The notes beneath the pieces were generated by a model that saw only the letters and a program-made list of their open reading frames with translations, was not told the origin of the DNA and made no database searches. Of a stretch of 57,014 bases of DNA, positions 52,101 to 57,014 are shown piece after piece (the stretch's first letter is position 1; each line of letters opens with the position of its first letter). The DNA is from Candidatus Nanoarchaeia archaeon. Its GTDB lineage: Archaea > Nanobdellota > Nanobdellia > Woesearchaeales > UBA12501. The position numbers were made by a program, and so were the translations under genes. The DNA lies in assembly GCA_035289005.1 (NCBI GenBank), contig DATDYN010000059.1:1-57014 (forward strand), in the 5' to 3' direction.

Positions 52101-53846
52101 ATGGAAATCTTCATACAGATAGGATTGATATTCATTGTCGCCGCTGTAGGCGCGTACCTGGCGAGATTGCTGCGCCAGCCGCTCATCCCAGCGTACATAA
52201 TCGCGGGAGCTCTTCTAGGGCCAGTGTTCGGGCTTGTGACAAGCGAGAATATTATAACGACTTTCAGCGAGATAGGGATAGCGTTCCTTCTCTTCACTGT
52301 AGGACTAGAGCTGGACCTTAAGAAGCTCAAAGGCAGCGGCAACACGATCATAGCTGTAGGGATGATCCAGATGGCGGCGCTCTTCATTGTCGGATTCTGG
52401 ATCTCACTGCTGTTCGGACTATCCATGACAGAATCGATAGTTCTAGGCATAGCTGTCGCATTATCCTCAACAATGGTTGTCGTGAAGATACTTTCAGACA
52501 AGCGAGAACTCGAGACGCTGCACGGAAGGATAATTGTAGGAATACTTCTATTGCAAGACGTAGTCGCGATCATAGCGCTCTCATTGCTGAGCAAGACTCC
52601 TGCGACAGGAATAACCGCGTCTGCCGAGAACGTGCTGAAAAGCATCACTGGAGAATATATAGCCAGCGCGCTCCCTTTCATCCTGCCCCTGATCAAGGGC
52701 GCTGGGATGGTCGCTATCGCTGTCATTCTGGGAAAATATGCATTCCCTAGACTTTTCACATACGCAGCGAGATCACAGGAATTGCTCATACTTCTCGCGC
52801 TCGCAGTGTGCTTCTCATTCTCTTTAGGGATATCAGCGCTAGGGCTTTCAATAACTATCGGCGCGTTCATAGCCGGAGTGAGCCTTGCGCATCTCTCTTA
52901 CAATCTTGAGATAATAGGAAAAGTGCGCTCATTAAGGGATTTCTTCGCGACACTGTTCTTCGTCTCTTTGGGAATGGCGCTCGGGCTTGACAATATGGAG
53001 AACCTCATACCTACAGCTCTGGCGCTGCTCGCCGCAGTAGTCATACTGAAGCCTTTGATCGTGATGTCTTTGCTCGCGCTGCTAAGGTTCACAAAAAAGA
53101 CCTCATTCATGACAGGATTCTCCCTAGCCCAGATCTCTGAGTTCTCGCTGATAATGGCGGCGCAAGGGCTTGCTGCTGGATCGCTCTCAAAAGATGTCTT
53201 CACTCTCACAGTGCTTATCGCTGTCGCGAGCATAGCGCTAACTTCTTACTTCATCAGCTTCGAGCAGCACATATACAGGATAGTCTCTCCATTGCTGGAC
53301 GCGCTTGACATAAGCACCTCAAAGCACAGGCTGCAGTACACTCCTGGAGAATTGGAAGGGGATGTGCTCCTGATAGGCTATGACCGCATAGGGTATTCCA
53401 TCTTCAAGACAATAACTCAGATACATAAGTCTTTCCTAGTCATAGACTACAACCCAGACATAATCAAATCATTGGTGAGCAGAAGAATCTCCTGCCTTTA
53501 CGGAGACATCTCAGACCCTGAGATCCTTGAGAGGATAAACCTGCGAAAGACGGAGATGGTGATCTCGACAGTTCCGGCGATAGAGGACACGATCTACCTG
53601 ATAAGGAGGGTCAAATCCCGCAATCCGCACGCGAACATATTCGTTACCGCCTCAACAGTGGCTGACGCGATGCACGCTTACAAAGAAGGGGCGGATTATG
53701 TCATACTACCTCATCTGCTCGGAGGGGAGAAAGTCGCGGACCTTATCAAGGAGACGCATCATGACAAGCGCAGGATAAATCTTAATAAGCTCTCGCACAT
53801 AGACCAGATGAAGCAACGCATCGAGACTATGGGAGAGCGCACTTGA
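52101..53846 (+). CDS. CPA2-family cation:proton antiporter (Kef-type) with C-terminal RCK/TrkA-N domain
   Basis: About 12 TM helices (MEIFIQIGLIFIVAAVGAYLARLLRQPLIPAYIIAGALLGP...) then the Rossmann-like DVLLIGYDRIGYSIFKTI; start taken at ATG 52101, since the 20 upstream codons of the track ORF lie in the hairpin region. Confidence 0.9.
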   Translation: MEIFIQIGLIFIVAAVGAYLARLLRQPLIPAYIIAGALLGPVFGLVTSENIITTFSEIGIAFLLFTVGLELDLKKLKGSGNTIIAVGMIQMAALFIVGFWISLLFGLSMTESIVLGIAVALSSTMVVVKILSDKRELETLHGRIIVGILLLQDVVAIIALSLLSKTPATGITASAENVLKSITGEYIASALPFILPLIKGAGMVAIAVILGKYAFPRLFTYAARSQELLILLALAVCFSFSLGISALGLSITIGAFIAGVSLAHLSYNLEIIGKVRSLRDFFATLFFVSLGMALGLDNMENLIPTALALLAAVVILKPLIVMSLLALLRFTKKTSFMTGFSLAQISEFSLIMAAQGLAAGSLSKDVFTLTVLIAVASIALTSYFISFEQHIYRIVSPLLDALDISTSKHRLQYTPGELEGDVLLIGYDRIGYSIFKTITQIHKSFLVIDYNPDIIKSLVSRRISCLYGDISDPEILERINLRKTEMVISTVPAIEDTIYLIRRVKSRNPHANIFVTASTVADAMHAYKEGADYVILPHLLGGEKVADLIKETHHDKRRINLNKLSHIDQMKQRIETMGERT

Positions 53847-53931
53847 GGAAAATATGCGGAGAGCATCAGATACACATGTCAAAAACTCGCACCCACCATC
53901 AGTCATAGACCGATGGCATGCTCATCACCTT

Positions 53932-54122
53932 AAGACGCTGAAGGCGTCTTGAGGTTCCGAAAATCGCCATGCTGATTTCCGATATCATGGAAATCAAAGA
54001 TTTCCGGGATACCCAAAAATCGCCTTGCTGATTTTTGGTACTTCGGGATTCGGAGTGCTCGTTTTCGAGCATCTCTTTATACCACTAGACCACCAATGAA
54101 TACATTGGTGGTATAAAGAGAT
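53932..54122 (+). repeat. Hairpin cluster downstream of the antiporter gene
   Basis: Six consecutive hairpins: 53932-51, 53959-82 (one mismatch), 53990-54006, 54014-39 (9 bp), 54057-72, and 14-bp tctctttataccac/gtggtataaagaga (54073-86/54109-22), which competes with ccaccaatg/cattggtgg (54091-99/54104-12). Confidence 0.7.
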
Positions 54123-54204
54123 ATAAACTGACAGATACGCGCTTAAACCAGGAAATCCCAATGCAAAACATAGCACAGGGATTAGAAGACAGATTGGAGG
54201 AATC

Positions 54205-54573
54205 ATGCGAAGACCAATAAAAGACAATGATAAGGTAGCGGCCGACGCGGTGACATATGCAGAAGACCGCAATATGCTGAAGATAAACCCTAAAAGGAGA
54301 AGATTCCTGCGAGCGCATTTCAATACGCAGGATGTCGATCTCAGAGTCGGGAAGTCAGGGATCACTCAGGGATTCATCGGTGAGCTGAAGCTGCAGCTTG
54401 AGAAAAGAGAGATCGTCAAAGTCAAGCTGCTGAAGAGCGCTATAGGAGAGAGCGACAATAGGAAGATGTTCGGGGAACTCGCGGCCGCGACAGGAGCGGA
54501 GATCATAAAGCGCACAGGGCTTACAGTCACTTTGCACAAGAAACGGCAATTACAGAACAAGTTCCGCAAATGA
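54205..54573 (+). CDS. YhbY/CRM-domain RNA-binding protein
   Basis: 122-aa ORF; RRFLRAHFNTQDVDLRVGKSGITQGFIGELKLQLEKREIVKVKLL fits the CRS1/YhbY domain; GGAGG 5 nt upstream of the ATG. Confidence 0.8.
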   Translation: MRRPIKDNDKVAADAVTYAEDRNMLKINPKRRRFLRAHFNTQDVDLRVGKSGITQGFIGELKLQLEKREIVKVKLLKSAIGESDNRKMFGELAAATGAEIIKRTGLTVTLHKKRQLQNKFRK

Positions 54574-54642
54574 GTTCACGGACAAAAAGATGGCCTGACA
54601 AGGAAAATATGACAGTTGATGAAGCGATAATCCCCTTCACAA

Positions 54643-54654
54643 ACTATTTAAACT
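54643..54654 (+). promoter_or_regulatory. TATA box for 54719..56182
   Basis: ACTATTTAAACT; ATG 54719 is the first ATG downstream and is preceded by AGAGGG. Confidence 0.45.
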
Positions 54655-54718
54655 AGAAATAGAGAAGATCAATAAAAGACTGTTGAGCAAAGCTTCAGAA
54701 AAAGAAAAAAGAGGGTTC

Positions 54719-56182
54719 ATGGCAGCGAAAGTCACTGACTTCGGTTTCAAAGAGGAGACAGCGGAAGAAGTGCTCCATAAAAGCCTGAAGACCAACTGGC
54801 CTGAGCCGCATACCCGCTTCCGCATGTCTTACGAGGCGGAGAATAATTCCATAGAAGGTATATATTTCTGGGTGCTCAATGAGCTCAGGGAAGAGGAAGG
54901 ATACACCCATTTCGACAAGATAACAGACATATTCGCGGCTTCAGAACAGAGCTCATTCTTCGGAGCCGCGCAGCAACGGCTTGGCCTGCAGCAGGATAAA
55001 GTCAGCCAATTCCTTGCGACTATCGGAAAGATGGTCAAGGAATTATTCCAGCTTGTGCGCGAGCTGAGGATAATCGATGAGCGCCTTGACCTTTACAAAA
55101 AGAGCAATGACGGAGACAAGCCTGCCGAGATCAGCCTTAAAGGTTACTGGATAGACCTTGTCGAGGGCGGAGCGAAGAATCCAGCCTCAGTCTATGGGAT
55201 GTCGAGAGAGCTCGGATTCGTGACACTGCCAGACCTTTTCTTTGACGCTCCACCGATGAAATCAGATAATGTGCAGAGACACATCGATAAATTATTGTTC
55301 AATAAGAAGGTCAAGGAAGTACTCATGCGCAAATTAAGCGTCTTCCTGATATGGAAAGAGCGCACTTTCCAGGAGATGAGCAACAGGAAACTATTCACGC
55401 TGAGATATCTCAGGCAGCATTATGAGATTATCCGAATGTACAGCACATGGGTGAAACCTTATCTCAGAAACATAAAGAAACTCACTCTTGACCCTGAGAA
55501 GATGGACGCGGCGGAGCTTGTCTCATCATTCGAAGGCTCGCTTGTCGAGATAGAAGTGATAGCGAGAAGGCAGTACGGAGAGAACACTTTCGCCTGCCTC
55601 AGCCTGCATTTCGATTACCGCTCAAGGCCTGAACTGAAGTTCATGCAGGAAGGATATCAGCGAGGCCCGATCCATGTAGGAAGGACTATAATGACTATGC
55701 GCAGCTATATCTGGACTAAAGCGAAGATGCACAAATACAAGAGATTCAGGAAGCGCGAAGAATTCGACATACTCGCCGGAATCGACTCTTCAGTGCAGGC
55801 AGCGTACACTGCGCTAGGAGAAGACCTTGAGAAGTATCTTTATGAAGCGGGAGAGAAGGATCTTGCTGAATTCAAGAAGAAAGAGAAGCATGAAGAGCGC
55901 AGATCAACGATATTCGGGACATTCCTTGCGCCGATAAAAGGGGTCGGAGAGCTGTTCGGAGCGCTAAAGCCGCATAAAGAAGAAGCGGTATGCGAAGAAT
56001 GCAAGTCTGAAGTCGAGCGTGAAGAGCGCTTCTGCCATAACTGCGGTCACGAGATGCGCAAACCTTCAAAGAAAGAAGCTCTTGAAGATCATGAAGATGA
56101 GAAGAAAGCGAAAGAGTTCCTTGACAAGACGATATTCAATGCGATCAAGAGAGTGAAGGCAGCGCACGGATTCGTGTACTGA
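54719..56182 (+). CDS. Hypothetical protein (about 487 aa) with C-terminal zinc ribbon; no family recognised
   Basis: Long clean ORF; CEECKSEVEREERFCHNCGHEM near the C-terminus; start taken at ATG 54719 rather than the TTG 54683 of the track. Confidence 0.7.
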   Translation: MAAKVTDFGFKEETAEEVLHKSLKTNWPEPHTRFRMSYEAENNSIEGIYFWVLNELREEEGYTHFDKITDIFAASEQSSFFGAAQQRLGLQQDKVSQFLATIGKMVKELFQLVRELRIIDERLDLYKKSNDGDKPAEISLKGYWIDLVEGGAKNPASVYGMSRELGFVTLPDLFFDAPPMKSDNVQRHIDKLLFNKKVKEVLMRKLSVFLIWKERTFQEMSNRKLFTLRYLRQHYEIIRMYSTWVKPYLRNIKKLTLDPEKMDAAELVSSFEGSLVEIEVIARRQYGENTFACLSLHFDYRSRPELKFMQEGYQRGPIHVGRTIMTMRSYIWTKAKMHKYKRFRKREEFDILAGIDSSVQAAYTALGEDLEKYLYEAGEKDLAEFKKKEKHEERRSTIFGTFLAPIKGVGELFGALKPHKEEAVCEECKSEVEREERFCHNCGHEMRKPSKKEALEDHEDEKKAKEFLDKTIFNAIKRVKAAHGFVY

Positions 56183-56244
56183 TATGATGATAAGACAGAG
56201 TATAGTCGCGTCTTTTAAACCTGCCTCATTTGTCAGGCTTTTCG

Positions 56245-56256
56245 CACATTTATAAG
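56245..56256 (+). promoter_or_regulatory. TATA box for 56292..56894
   Basis: CACATTTATAAG about 40 nt upstream of the ATG, with GGGAGA SD in between. Confidence 0.45.
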
Positions 56257-56291
56257 TAAAAATTTAAGAATTAGGGAGATATCCCAGAGAT

Positions 56292-56894
56292 ATGGGAGAC
56301 CTTGACGATCTCAAAAACCTTTCACTGGACAGGAGGAAAAGCAAGCTCATAGAGATTGAAGAGCGCGCAAGGCAGGAGATTGAGGAAGCGCGGCAGAAGA
56401 TAATAACGGCGGCGAGAGAGGAAGAGAAGGCTAAGAACGCTAAAAGAGCGGCAGCTAAAGAAGAGGAAGCCGCGACAGCGCGCTCATTGCTTGAACAAGT
56501 AGAACGTGAGATGCTGAACGCGCAGGCAAAGACTCCAGCGCAGCTCGTTGAGACAGCGAAAGAGAGCGCAGAAAGCAAAGAGGCCGTGAAGAAAGAGCAG
56601 GAAACCCCTCTTGAGCAGATGGTCGCGACAGACTCAAAGAACAAGAGCATTGAAGATGAATCAAGATTCAAATCACAGTACAAGACCAGTCTCAATGAAG
56701 ACTCGGCTGCAGGCAAAGTCTACCAGCGCAGCCAGACCATGAGCGAGGAGAACGCCTCTCTGTATCAGCAGCAGAAATCGCTCGATAATGAAGGAAAACA
56801 GAAAGACATGTACCATCACACTATGGGCGATGAGATCAAAGAGTCAGGGATGCTCTCAGAGCAGATCCAGAAGAGGTTCAAATACCAGAATTGA
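56292..56894 (+). CDS. Charged coiled-coil protein (200 aa), function unknown
   Basis: E/K/A-rich heptad-like N-terminal 100 aa; polar low-complexity C-terminal half. Confidence 0.6.
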   Translation: MGDLDDLKNLSLDRRKSKLIEIEERARQEIEEARQKIITAAREEEKAKNAKRAAAKEEEAATARSLLEQVEREMLNAQAKTPAQLVETAKESAESKEAVKKEQETPLEQMVATDSKNKSIEDESRFKSQYKTSLNEDSAAGKVYQRSQTMSEENASLYQQQKSLDNEGKQKDMYHHTMGDEIKESGMLSEQIQKRFKYQN

Positions 56895-56906
56895 GGGGAA
56901 CCAAAA

Positions 56907-57014
56907 ATGATGTTCAATGCTCCGCAAAGATACGCGTACAGCAGCTCTATGGACAGGGGCTACACTTCAAACGCGGAGTTCGATAATCCTTCTGAGAACG
57001 CTTACACTGGAGCT
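56907..57014 (+). CDS. 5' end of an ORF running off the window (36 codons, MMFNAPQRYAYSSSMDRGY...)
   Basis: ATG 56907 lies 12 nt after the previous stop, with GAGGGG upstream; open to the window edge. Confidence 0.4.
   Translation, partial: MMFNAPQRYAYSSSMDRGYTSNAEFDNPSENAYTGA

Noticed and set aside
51980-52870. 296-aa minus-strand ORF opposite the antiporter gene, plus 52898..53233
   Set aside because: It is antisense to a 12-TM CPA2 transporter with clear family features. Its hydrophobic mirror sequence is an expected artefact.

Overview
This 57-kb segment is densely coding and reads as an archaeal chromosome, probably from a small-genome (DPANN-like) lineage. The lineage call is inferred from gene content, not from a search. 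Archaeal markers seen directly: RNase P protein Rpr2/Rnp4, a DRG-type GTPase with a TGS domain, archaeal-type NMN adenylyltransferase, a FlaI/PilB-type secretion ATPase and prepilin-like class III N-termini. A/T-rich TATA boxes sit about 24-27 nt upstream of many start codons (leaderless-type promoters), while GGAGG-type SD sites occur mainly at internal operon genes. I support 55 CDS (2 partial at the window edges) and one tRNA-Ser(CGA). I see no rRNA, CRISPR array, transposase or integrase. Housekeeping content: PRTase+prs, a complete SUF Fe-S operon (sufB-sufD-hydrolase-sufS-sufU-sufC) with a divergent Cys-containing HTH regulator, a PfkB kinase, NnrD, a Kef-type antiporter and YhbY. The best candidate for a novel system is a ~22-kb cell-surface island (28.9-50.9 kb). 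It holds two tandem HIT-like proteins that have lost the catalytic histidine, a 3187-aa N-anchored, sequon-dense multidomain surface protein and six small pilin-like genes. It also holds an Epd/Tad-like pilus machine (RHH protein, ATPase, two single-domain platform proteins). The island is interrupted by an opposite-strand gene pair of unknown function and a 583-bp non-coding region with covarying hairpins and operator-like repeats. Other items: a Cys-rich insertion in SufS; a kinase-less signalling cluster (two receivers, a Walker-less KaiC-like protein, a Cache-HAMP sensor with no output); a 14-15-nt motif GGCGATGTCCTGAAT at three promoter regions; hairpin clusters bracketing the antiporter gene; and several genes I cannot assign.
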